Assembly: GCA_003971905.1 (NCBI GenBank)
Contig: RSEE01000004.1
Location: 496,001 to 560,000, forward strand
DNA from: Moniliella sp. 'wahieum'
Lineage: Eukaryota
DNA length: 64,000 nt
Direction: 5' to 3'
Shown here: piece after piece, positions 52,486 to 64,000 of the stretch
How positions within the stretch are numbered: position 1 is the first letter of the stretch
Layout of the letters: every line of letters begins with the position of its first letter
Program-made: the position numbers and the translations under genes
Notes under the pieces: generated by a model
What the model saw: only the letters and a program-made list of their open reading frames with translations
The model's database searches: none
Told to the model about the DNA's origin: nothing

Positions 52486-55361
52486 CCCTTTATGTGTCTC
52501 TTTCCCTTCCTCTCGTATATACGGCACCACACTCTGGCATGCCGGCCTGAATGAACGCCATCTCTTCGGCAACCAAAGCATCACACTCCCAGTTGATGCA
52601 TGATGCCCAGTGTAATAGGGGGGAGGACAGAGCTCAAAAGTACAGCTTCAAAAGCAGCTGTGCCGCGTGGCCTTCATTGTTTTGGGAAAGCCGGAAGAGA
52701 GGGCAGCATGGGTGGGCTCCATTGCACGTGTCCCCTTGCGTGTCTCAAGACAGACGGAGACCTGGGTGGCTGGTTCAACCATAGGACCGTCCAGCCGTTC
52801 ACGCTGCGCTCATATTCACCAGCCGCTTCTCAGGGGGTGCGCCATGGGGGCGGCTGTTCCTCCGCTGTTGAAACGCCTCCTGTGTCGTTTTTCGTTCATC
52901 CTCGCGCACCAAGGCGCCACTGGCATAGCTGAGAACTGCAGAATCGCAGCGTCGATTTTGGCCTGGTCCAATGGGCCGCAGAGAGAGGCCAGCAAAACAA
53001 TATAGGGGGAGGGTCAGTTGCCGCAGGTACCCGCCGACTCAATGAAACTCATTAGCCCATCTGGACAGCGACTGTCACGCGCGCAAAGAGGAGAGGGGAT
53101 GGTGCACGGCATACGCTTATGGGTGAGGCTGAGGAATGGGAAAGATTCGACGCCATGCATGACATGGATGAAAAGCAACAAGCCACAGAGGGGCGCCGTA
53201 ACGCGGAACGCGTACTACCGCGCAAGACAGATGCGCCCATCCATCCAACGTTGAATGTTGAGCGTACCAGGGTGTGGGGCTCCGCCTGAGCAGTCAGCGG
53301 CTGACTAGTGACTGCCAAAGCGCCAACCACCAAAAAGCGGGGAAGAGCAGCCAAGGGCGGAGTGTGAACTCGACGTCCCCGGTGGCGGTGGAGACAGTGT
53401 GCGGTCCGAGTCACTAGTCAGCGCCACCAAACGTTCAATGTTCACTGCTCCTGCTAGCTTACTCAGTACTGCGTACCATTAATCATCGAGTTCACTATCA
53501 ATCCCAGCTGGTTCCTCCCCGATTCTGCAACGCGCCATGAAATTTAAAATGGAAACGCTGCTCAGCTCCATCGGTGGATGCGTGTGGAGTGTGAAATGGT
53601 GTGAAAACCTTCTGCGGCGCCAGACACGCAAAAAGTTTGATTTGACTCCAGGAACCGTGTGGGGCGCTGCGCGCTGGCTGGCGCTGGCGGCGGGGCAAGG
53701 CGGAGCCCCACAGCTTGGTCACCAACGCCCCCAGCGCACCCAGCACAGCCAGCACACCTTGGTTTAACGTTTGCCGGTTGCCGGTTACCGGTATCGACCA
53801 GTGGCTAGTGGTGCCCGGTGCCCGGTGCCCGGCGCCCCTCTCCAGATGGAGAGAGCGGAGGAGAGCGGTGTTGGTGCGCGGGGCTTGCCTGGCCTTCAAT
53901 GGCCCATGGCGGAGATTGCGGCAATGATCGAGTCGGGAGAGGGGCTGGCGGTGTGTGTGGCACTGTGGGGCACGTTGCAGCATGGCCCGTTCTTGATCTG
54001 GCATCTTTGAATCAGCCCGAAAGCTTAAATCTAATCAGCGCCCAATGGCCGCGGAGGATCGATGATGCATGTTGCGTGATGCATGATGCGTGCCATGGGA
54101 GCCTAGCATGCATGATACGCATCGGTGGCCAGGCCAGACAGCGCCCCAGCCTGGATCGGCCCGTCGCACGGAGCTCCTTGCAGTCGACGTGGTATCGGTG
54201 TGGTCGGTGCGTTCACGCGTTCACGCGTTCACGCCATCCCCAATCGCGACGCCAATCGCAATCGGCGGGTGCTGTGGGCGGTGGAGACGCCCGTCTCAAG
54301 TGCCTGGCCCCTGGCGCTGCCGCCAGAGAGCGCCGTGCCGCAGTAGGCAGCAATGCACCGGCGACAGTCCGCAGTCCCCACCGCACCCTATTGCTGCCCC
54401 CTCGTCCCCTGTGGATGGTACATCGGTGACCCCTCGGTGACCATCATCGATCGTCATCGATCATCGATCAGGGCCCAGCGCCAGGCGAGTCATCAGCGAT
54501 CATCCATCGTTCGTTGGCGTTGCTCTTGCTTGCTTTGCGATTCACATCCTCCAGCGCTGGAGCGCAATCAATTTACCAGGATCAATATTCAATCTGCGGG
54601 GGAAGCGGGGAAAACAAGGGGGTTCGCTGGTGTCGTTGGAAATTGGAGCGTGCCAGGCGCAGGCCGGAACACAAGAGCGTGAATGTGGGCATTGGGATGA
54701 ACGATGAGATTGAACATGCTGAGAGAATTACGACGGTAGGATCGAGGGGCGGGGGAATATTGGGGCCAGTTGCCGCCTCGATTCTTGGCACAAGGCCTGC
54801 TCGTGAGGAGGGCGGCCTGCGTTGCGGCAACCAGGCGGTTGGGGCCGGGGGCTGGTGCTGGGACCGTGGGGGAAGATGCCGAGCACCAGCCATGCGCCCC
54901 GGGGGATGTGACACACCGGCGGCCATTTGGGGGCGGCAGGGGGGCGCAGGCGGGCTGGCGGGCAGGGGGGCAGGGGGAAGCCCGTGGTGGGTGGACGTGG
55001 GGCAGCACAGGGGCAGTGCCTCTCCGCATTCTTCTCCTGCCGCCCCGTGCCCGGGCGTGCGCTGGCTGCCGCATGCGCAGTCCCAGCCGACACTGGCGGG
55101 GTGCGCAGCAGCACGCAGCAGCAGCACGCCCGCTCTCCGCCAGCCAGCCCGACGGCGCTGCGCTGCAGGGCGCTGCTCTGCGCGGCGACTGGCTGCCCAC
55201 CCCCCCGCCTCCATCTCGGCGCCGCACACCCCACCAGCCGTCCCTCCGCCTCACCTGCAGCCCCACCACCACCGCCTCCCCCTGCTGCCCGCCCTTGCCG
55301 CCCGCCGCCCTCGCCCTCCGCGTCCTCGGCCCGCCCCCTGCCACCCAACGCTCCTCTGCTC

Positions 55362-57358
55362 ATGCCCACCTCCGATGCTGCTGCCAGCGGCGGTGCCCCC
55401 GACCGCAGCAAGATCCCACGCCCCTACCAGTGTCCGCTCTGTCCCCGCGCTTTTATCGACTGGAGCACCAGGTGCGTCCTCCCCGCCCCCTGCCCTCGTC
55501 CCATCCTAACCCCCCCTTCCTCCCCAGACACGCCACATCCGCACCCACACCGGCGAGAAGCCCCATGCATGCCAGCACGCTGGCTGTGGCAAACGCTTCT
55601 CTCGCTCCGATGAGCTGACCCCACATGCGCATCCACGCCAATCCCAAGCGCACCCGCATCATCCAGCCTCCGCCCCCTTGGCTCGCCCCCGCCCCACGGG
55701 GCAGGCCAAGTCGCCCGACCTATCTGCGTCCGATGCGAATCCCGTCCCCCTCGTGCCGGCCACATCCGTACCAATGGCAATGCCCATTCCCGTACCCCCC
55801 AGGCTGCGCCCCGCCCTGCGATGGAAGGCAGCTACCCCATGTCGTGGGAGGAGTACCATGCTGGTGCCCCTGCCCTACCTATCGGTAACCATCCGCTTCG
55901 TCCTCAGGCAGGGCCGTTCCTGTTCGTAAAGGATGCCGATGTTAGCATGGACCCCGAGCTAGAGCGCGACGCCGCTTACTCGCAGTCCCATCCGCCGGTA
56001 AGAGGCGGGAACAATATGAATGCGTTGGCGATGTTGGCTGCAGAGGAACTGCAGGAGCTGAACCAAGCCACTTCCCCCACCGGCGCCGTCACTTCGCCCG
56101 GCTCGGCCCCGACCCGGCCGGCGTGCGAGCACGAGGGGTGCATGGACTCGTACCATGAACAAATCGCCTCGGCCGTGCGTAGTAACTTTCCTGTCCCTGC
56201 CTCGGCTCATGACAGACGAAGTCCCCACTATGCCCACTCGGCACACCAGCCCGTGTCGGGACCGCGCTCCTTCTCGGGTCCTTCTTATCGGACGATGCGC
56301 CCCCCACCCGAGTCGGTGGTGAGTTCGACGGCGCCTTCGCCCAGGATGAGTGCGCTGGACCGCCCGGGCTTTGGGGACGACCCCGAGTCGGATGGAGAGC
56401 TGCCGCCGCCGCAGGCATACAAATATGGTTCGTCGGTTCCCTCGTCCCACCGTGTCACGGGCAGTCGCGGGCCCGGCACATTTTTCACCCCTTCTGGTTC
56501 CCCCGTACTTGGTCCGCTGCGCAACATGAGTCTTCGCTCGGCGCGGACCATGCCAAATACCCCGCACACTTCCCGCCCCAGTTCGCCCGTGCACCTGCAC
56601 CACGCGCGCCAGCCCAATCTCGCTTCTCTCTCCCCCACCCTCGCCCCGGCCGGGTCGGCGCAAGGTTTGGGCGTGTTAGTATCGGATTCTGGACCGATGC
56701 ATACGCCCAGTACCGGTCACCATCCCGTTCACCGTCACCGTCCATCCCACCCTTACAGTCCAGGCTCGACCTCGGTCAGCTCGGAGGCAGCACGCGCGCG
56801 GGCTGGGGTGGCGCGCTCTCTCCAATTGACTGCGCTCCCGGTCGGGGGCGAGGAGGGCGAGGTAGGCGCGCGTCCTTTGGCCCGCTCTCGCTCCTTTGGT
56901 GCCCATCGGCGCGAAGACGAATTTACTTCGATGTCCACTGCGCCGAAGCGGCGAAAACGCATTTCGGACTTACTGTCGGCCGCGCCAGGGCCGCAGCCCT
57001 CGGGGCCACCCACCCTGCGCACCGCTCGCTCTGCCCCCGGAAGTCCACGTATGACTCGTGGCGTGACCCCGTCCTGCGCGGCTCGGCCGAATCGTCGCCG
57101 GCTTCGGAACCGCGCGAGTTGCCCGGGTTGACCTACACCAAGTCTGCTGCCTCCTCCATCTCGCACATTCCGCCCGCCACATGCACCAACTCGCCCACCG
57201 AGACAAGGGCCGTATCACCATCTTCCTCCTCGGCCTTTTCCTTGGCCAAGTATAAGTTGCCCCCCTTGAGCGCCATGACGCCGATCGTGCCGACGGAGCA
57301 AGCTGCGTCGCCGGGCCCGGCCGCGTTGCCGACGCTGCGGACGCTGTTGAGCGAATAG
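55362..57358 (+). CDS. creA: C2H2 carbon catabolite repressor CreA/Mig1 (intron about 55472-55527; indels)
   Basis: [36 protein letters not shown]...[12 protein letters not shown]...HMRIH; FTPSGSP; C-terminal LPTLRTLL effector-like motif. Confidence 0.9.
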
Positions 57359-57703
57359 TTTCCTTCTTGCACCTATGTACCTTGTAGGGTTTGCCCTGGC
57401 CGCGTCTCCCCTCTTCTTGGTTCTCCCTGAGTACCTTAGTACTCTTGCCACTCCAGGCGAAAATGTGGAGGGGTGGCCTGCGCAGGGATTCTTGTCGGCT
57501 ATCCTGTTCAGATCTCTTACGTGTGACGCGTGTTCCAATGTATCATGATGCGCATCGCTCTGCGCCCTTGGGGCGCTTCCCAATCGCAGGGAGGGGAAGG
57601 GGTTCGAATGTGCCCCCTCCCTTCGGAAGCCAGGAAAAATGATTTAGGAGGTGGCAAGCATCTGTAAAAAATTCAAGGAAAAAAAGAGGACGCCCTGTCG
57701 GGT

Positions 57704-57784
57704 CGAACGACGCAGGGGTCGAACCTGCAGCCTCCTGATTACAACCTGTCGTAGTCAGACGCGCTACCATTGCGCCAGCCGTCC
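57704..57784 (-). tRNA. tRNA-Arg(ACG) with a 9-nt intron (57740-57748)
   Basis: GGACGGC TGGCGCAATGGTAGCGCG TCTGA CT-ACG-A [CAGGTTGTA] A TCAGG AGGCT GCAGG TTCGACC CCTGC GTCGTTC G folds as a cloverleaf with A and B boxes; T-run terminator at 57679-57686. Confidence 0.93.
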
Positions 57785-58192
57785 TTACTTGGTCAGGGGA
57801 GCATACTGTCCAATTGTCCTGCTTCTGCGTTTCTCGTATCGAAACTCCGCACGACGAAAAATACTGGGAAGAGATGGGCGAGAAGAGCGCAACAGGCCTA
57901 AGATGGCAAATGTAGGCAGTCCTTACCACATGAGAGGCACAGGCGCAGTGCTGGATGCATTATGTACCGTCTGGTCCCGCTTGCCCACCGTTGGAACCCC
58001 CAAAGTCTATAGGAACAGTACTCGTGTGTTTCCTACAGCGCTCGCTGAAGACTTACGTGCCACCCTTAAACCTCCATTTTCATGCATTATGGGCGTTCAC
58101 GACTGGTGGGGCAGGAGGTGCGCAGGTGCTAGTGTACAAGAGGGACATTGAGTCGGCCTGGTGGCGCTGCTTTTACCATCCGCCGCACACAT

Positions 58193-59184
58193 CTAAGCAT
58201 GCCGCTGGTGTACTGCGCCACAAGCATAGCATGGTCACGCTCATACGGCTCCAGCGTCAGTTGCTCCCGTGGCCGGAACATCTCCCCTTGCAGCTTCTTG
58301 ACCTCCGAAGCAAACACCGCCTCGGCGGGGGCAGTCGAGTCGATACACGACGCCTTGATGGAAATGACAACGTGCCCCCCGTCCTTGAGGAAGTAGTGCG
58401 CGTTGAGCGCTACAATACGGGCCTGGTCTGGCTGGGCCACATCGGCAAAGATCACGTCCACCGTGTCCACCAGCATGCGGTACTTCTGGGGATGACGCGC
58501 GTCCTCGATGATGGGAATCACGTTGGTGCGCTTCTTGGCCATGTTGATCAAATCCCGCCCACTGCGGTGGGAGAACTCAACAGCGTATACTACACCCGTC
58601 GGCCCCACCACGTCGGCAACGTGCGATACGGACGTTCCGGAAGCAGCACCAAGGTAAAGCACCTTGGCACCCGGCTGGATATGGATGTGATCCAGACCAC
58701 CGAGGATACCAGCAGCCAACTTGGAACGGAACGGATTCCACACACGGTACTCAACCTTGGCGCCGGGAACACCGTCATCCTGGACCACGTCGACTGAAAT
58801 ACGCTTCTCGCCGTAGACCGAATCACCAGGAGCCAAGTTCTTGGTCACGAGCAAGTGCTCTTTGCCCTCGGCAATGAACACGCCAGCGTGACGGTGAGGC
58901 TTGACAATTACTTTGCTGCCTCCACGGGCACCACCACGGGGCGCACCACGTCCACGAGGGGCCCCACGGCCACCGCCACGAGGGCCACGCGTCCGCCACC
59001 ACGGGCGCCTAACCACAAGGAACGTCAGTCGTCTGGACAATGATCCCGCGCAGATACCAATTAACGTACCACGGCCGCCAGGAGCGCCACGGGCGCCGCC
59101 GCGGCCCCCACGTCCAGGGGGGCCGCCACGTCCACCACGGAATCCTCCGCGTCCACCACCACGTCCACGGTCACCAAAGGCCAT
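58193..59184 (-). CDS. NOP1: Fibrillarin, rRNA 2'-O-methyltransferase
   Basis: RGG-rich N-terminus with intron 59009-59069; [19 protein letters not shown]...[17 protein letters not shown]...[13 protein letters not shown]...[16 protein letters not shown]...LEPYERDHA. Confidence 0.97.
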
Positions 59185-59600
59185 TTTGTCAGTCAAAGCA
59201 AAAAAAGTGTGGAGGCTGGTTGTGGTTGAGTCGGCCTGCCCTGCTTGGACTTTGCTTCGAATGGCCAAGTCAAACGGCAAAAATTTAATGCTTACGTATG
59301 GACTCTGTTCCGCCAGCGGGGGCAGCGGAAACGAGCCAGCAAGTACTTTTTGAAATGTAAAGCCATCTTTTGATCTTGCGCGTTCAACTTCAGCCGAAGG
59401 CCAAAAGGGCGACGGAAGGACGTTTGATTGCACTGAACTTATCCCACTACCACCGTTGTTTATACAAGTTTCGCGTAGCTTCCCTTGCCTTTGAGCTTGA
59501 CTAGCTTAACTGGACGCTTCAAAACAACGTTCGGACTCAGTCGCTCAAATGGCAGCCCAAATACCAGGCTTGGCCAGCGTCCGATATGTTGGGACCTGCG

Positions 59601-59835
59601 GTCCCGTACATAGGCCAAGGCGCCTTAGGCCTTATCACCCTTCGCCCCTCATTGGCCTCATTAATCATTTGACCTCCGAAGCCTCCACGTGTATACTCAG
59701 GCTTTTGTTTGAACCCTTGTCTCATCTAGGTGTGGCATAAGGCTTAGAGCTTAGACCCAACCACCACCACCGCGATTGCACTGCTCTACATTTCCAGAGG
59801 TTCATCGCCCAACCCCCTGGGTTCCTCCGGCCTTA
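59601..59835 (+). repeat. LTR-like direct repeat, copy 1
   Basis: Aligns by eye with 62637-62846 from GTCCCGTACATAGGCCAAGGCGCCTTA to GGGTTCCTCCGG. Confidence 0.9.
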
Positions 59836-62636
59836 CAGAGTTACAATCTTCTTGACGCTCATTCCTGAGTCCTCCCCATTCACCCCACTCCTCCATCTAA
59901 CCCATTCACTTCCACTCCACCCAAGTCCTGGCTCAATTCCTCGATGCCACCTCGTGCTGCTCCCGCCGCCGAGGACACATCTCGTGTTACTCCCGTGCCC
60001 GAGGCCATCCCCACTCCTACCCCCGACGATACTGCACCCATATCGTCATCGCAGACGAACGGCATCCAGGCTAATATCTCCAACATTGTCGACGTTCTCC
60101 GCCCCGTATTTGCCTTTTTCAACGCTGGGAAGATCACCTTCGAGGAGTTCCAACAGGCGGGTACTTCACACGGGTTTTCGCTCGAATCGACGATGCAAGC
60201 CTTCACACGGATTGCCGGGGAAACATCGGTTTTCGCATCGAAGCCGAGCCACGATAAGAACCCTTGGGCGCTACCCCCCCACAAACTTTTGCGTGAAGCT
60301 ATCCGCACCGATGTGCCGTACAACGAACGCCTACACATGAACGGCTTTTTGGCTATGGGCCGAACACTTCTTGCCTAGTCTCCACATCATCCCACAAGGC
60401 CGCGAACACCTGGAACAAGGCTCATCTCTGAGTGGGTACAATGAGACCCTTGATGCCCTTTTAGTCAAAGTGCTACTCCCATGGCTGGATACCGACGTTG
60501 CCCAGAGTCTTACCCTGACGGGCACTCCAGCCCTCGGCTCTGCATACTTTCAGACCCTGCGTAGTGTGTACGGCTTTGTGTCCGACGCTCAGTTGACACA
60601 CCTGTACGCCAAGATTGCAACGATTAAGATGGGTTCCAAATCCGGCCGCCAATACCTCAACGAGTTCCAAATGGCCGTTCGCGAATACGAGCTGAGCGCG
60701 AAGACTGAGTTGGGTGAGCGGACTCTGGCACACATACTGCGGGCAGGTGTGCCGGATAGGATGTGGCTGAAGATGCATCGCAACAGCAGTTACGCCGAGG
60801 TATGCACAGCGGTGAATGAACTCGACGCCTTTGTTGATGAGCAGGTCCTGGTGCAAGCCATACCAACCCCAACCTCCTCGCGCGCTCTACACCCAGCAAC
60901 ACTGTCAGCACTGGTACCAGTTGCGGAAGAGGCCACGGCAGCGGCGGCAGTTATCGAGGAGGATACCACGGCGGTCACTGTGGTGATAGCCGGGTACGGT
61001 CCTCCCCGACAGGCGAGTCAATCTCGACTGCCCACGCACGATTCCCGATGCTTCCCTCCACAACGCCTGAGACGCCCGCTGCGCCTGAGCCGGAATCGAT
61101 CGTGTCCACAACCCTCCTCACCCTTACAGGGCCAGCGCGGGAGGCCCTACGCCAGCCAACCTCCCTGCACAACACGATTCGAGTGCGAGACCATCCGTAT
61201 TTAATAAACGAAGCGCGTTTATCAATCTTCGCCCACACCGCGAGCCCATAGCGGTGGCAAACGGGCCGATCGCATACACTAAAGGCATTGGCACCATTTC
61301 TATGTACATCCAAACCCAGAACGGAGCTCCTATCCGCATCCACCTTCCTGGCAGTTTGTACTGCCCTACCTTCCCGACCAACCTCCTAAGCGCTTATCAT
61401 CTCTCTGTCGCAGGCATTGGCAGCCGGATCCCTCCAGGTGGCCATGGCCTCTACCTTGGTCGACACGGCGAACCCCTCGCCGCCGCCGATTCAAGCTATT
61501 CCCTCACTCTTGCGTCTAATACGTCAGCCACAGCCAACAGCGCCACTTCGCCACTCAACCTTGAAGCAACCCTGGTCAAGGTGAAAAACGCCCACATCCG
61601 ATGGAACCATGCACCACTAGATCAACTTTCAACTCTCACGTCGGACGACCAGCATTCGAACGGGTCAGGAGTGGCGACATCGTTTTAGTCCGGTCCTCGT
61701 GGCACTGTCCCCATGCGCACTAAGCAGAGCCACTGCCCCACCCCACGCTACGACTGGACGCCCAATCCGAACCATTCGCCCTTTCTCTCTCCTTCACCTC
61801 GATGTCCTCGACATATCCCGCCAAAACGGTGGGGGTCATACGTACGCCCTTATCATTGTCGACGATTTTACGCGGTATACCTGGACGCTACCCTTGGTGT
61901 CCAAGAGTGATGCCACAGCCCAACTTCAGACCTTTATCCGGCGAGAGCATCGCCAACATCCCGACCGCCCCCTTCAGACTGTCCGCTCTGACAATGCGCC
62001 CTGAACTTACCACCGCAATGGACGACTTTTACTGCGAACTAGGCGTAGTGAGGGAGCGCACCAATCCTGGCGAAAGTGCGTCCAATGGGGTCGCCGAACG
62101 CGCCATAAGATCGATTACGGATCGCGCTCGACTCATGGTAGTCGCCAACCGATTGGTTCCCGACGAGTGGTGGGAACACAGCTTGTTGGCAGCCACATAC
62201 GCACACAACCAGTCGCCGCCGATGGCACTGGGTGGTGACAGCCGATTTGTCCGATACATGGCTTCAAACCTTCCCTTCGCATGCGCGGTTTTGGCACCCT
62301 TGCTTACCTGCACCTATTGCCCAACCAACGCGAGGGCGGCATACTTGGTCCGCGGGCCGTCCCAGCTATGTTGGTGGGTTACGGGCACGGTCACGGTTCG
62401 AAAGGGTGGCTCTTTGCCATCCACCAGGATGACGGCCAGGTTGGATTCCGCTGGAAAAAGCCGTCCACCTGGACACATGTTCCGTACACCACCGAATATC
62501 CCACGCACTTTCATCTGTCCCCCCTTGTTCCTCCTGTGATGGAGAGGTGAGGGGGGGCGGAGGGATGGGTGCTGTGGGGCAGTCAGACAGCTCTCCACCC
62601 CGTCGGCGTGTGCGTTTTGCGATCGATGAATCGCAG

Positions 62637-62846
62637 TCCCGTACATAGGCCAAGGCGCCTTATCACCCTTCGCCCCCAGGCCTCATTTGACCTCCGAAGT
62701 CTCCACGCGTGTATACTCAGGCTTGTTCGAACCCTGTCTCCTCTAGGTGGGCATAGGCTTACTAGACTCAACCACCACCACCGCAATGCATTGCTTTACA
62801 TTTCCAGAGGCTCATCGCCCAACCCCTTGGGTTCCTCCGGTCTTCA
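62637..62846 (+). repeat. LTR-like direct repeat, copy 2
   Basis: Aligns by eye with 59601-59835, with substitutions and indels. Confidence 0.9.
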
Positions 62847-64000
62847 CGATATACTATGTGCTAGTTCTACCTGCGCCTTCCGTGCCGGCTCACCGTTCGC
62901 GGTCGAAAGGCTGCCATCCGTCCGTCTCCGTCATCGATTCCACCTCTCCATCTCTTTCCCCCTACTATATACGCACGAACGAATGACAACCATTGTGCAA
63001 GATAAAATGCTCTTAAATGATGGTGAGAGGTTCCATGTCGGGATGGGTCGCATAGTCGAAGTGCAAGATGCAAAGTGGTAAAATGCAGGGAGCAATCTCA
63101 CCTAGTGAGTCCAAGTTGGGTGGAGAGGGACGGTCATTCCGGTCCCAGCAATGCAGCAGCAGAGCCGTTGGAGATTTCGTGCTCGACCGATGGGGTTTGA
63201 AAGGCCAAATGTCAAAGACGCGAGCCAACGCGACAAGCTGGGTGGTAGACAGATCGCATACCTCGCCCTAGGATCCACCACTTCCTCGGGTGAGTGGGCA
63301 AAGTCCGTGTTGTCCTTAGCGAGACGATGAACAATTTCCTCCGCACCAGGTGCAACATGGCGCGGGAATCGAGGATGGAATGGCTGCGCAAAACAAGGAC
63401 GTTTTCATCAACCAGTCAAACGTTGGGTAGAGGTCCACCGGCACCAGAGGATCCTGCGCGGAGTGATTGTAACGAACGCAAGACGCTGTCGGTTCAACCC
63501 CGACGCCGCATTGTCGCTTTCAGGCCCGCCATTGGTCTTGACCAAACGAGAGTAAGCCGATTTGCCCACAATCATTTGTTCACTGCCATAAACGTGATCA
63601 TAAAGCGGCAGGAACTCGTCCCCGCGCATGTGGTATCCACATGCGCAAGGGCGTCCGTCAGCACGTTCATTGGACCGAGGTGATCCCCGGCGTGATCACC
63701 AATCGGTCGGCCAAGCTTTCGGTGATGATCAGGTGCATTTTGACCCTGCCATAACGAAAAAGCCATGCGCGAGAGAGCCAATAGCCGAAATCATTTGGAC
63801 GACGAGTTGCTCCCCCAAAACGCTGTTCGGGATCGTCATAAACACTTCCAAGGGAGACGCCACTTTCCAATCCGGAGTGTCGAACGAAAGGCTGTCGCTA
63901 GGTTCACCTGGGAAGGACAATGCCAGTATCACGCAACGGGTAATCAAAAGCGCCACCCTTTTCCAAGTCGGTGTTGTAGTGGCCCACTCCCAAGCCGAAT

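Larger units (their letters stand above)
59587..62846 (+). mobile_element. Degenerate Ty1/copia-type LTR retroelement (gag, protease region, integrase; no RT/RNase H seen)
   Basis: Direct repeats 59601-59835 and 62637-62846; TGTTGG start at 59587; gag-like ORFs 59944-61000; ANGPIAYTKGIG; HIRWNH; RPFSLLHLDV...IIVDDFTRYTW...VRSDNA...SNGVAERAIR; FGTLAYLH...MLVGY; purine tract 62541-62569. Confidence 0.85.

Noticed and set aside
3879..59184. Frameshifts in almost every gene, read as mass pseudogenisation or programmed frameshifting
   Set aside because: They hit essential genes (HSP90, ATP3, SEC31, NOP1) at scattered sites while the protein sequence stays conserved on both sides, which is typical of uncorrected long-read indels.

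Overview
GC-rich eukaryotic genomic DNA, almost certainly from a basidiomycete fungus. The evidence is a spermidine synthase-saccharopine dehydrogenase fusion gene and short GT-AG introns with CTRAY branch points. The sequence contains many 1-2 nt indels that frameshift even essential genes, most likely from an unpolished long-read assembly, so gene ends are approximate. About 19 protein genes are recognisable: SEC31 (partial), HSP90, a Num1/Mcp5-type PH protein, AP-1 beta-adaptin, a probable MED25, a 2H phosphoesterase, an MRP49-like mitoribosomal protein, an MIT-domain protein, a divergent sirtuin with an acidic repeat tail, ATP3, a siderophore MFS transporter, acylphosphatase, SPE3-LYS9, a cytochrome b5-like MAPR protein, a Mak32-like PfkB kinase, INCENP, CreA/Mig1, fibrillarin and a copia gag-pol relic. 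There is also an intron-containing tRNA-Arg(ACG) and a copia-type LTR element with no visible reverse transcriptase. The most unusual signal is non-coding: many promoter regions carry 7-nt-period arrays of a trinucleotide (mostly TGA/TCA) plus a 4-nt palindrome whose identity varies along an array. The two copies of the LTR-like repeat differ by two 7-nt indels of exactly this form (5-nt duplication plus 2 inverted nt), suggesting a hairpin/P-nucleotide-type mutational process acting in open chromatin.
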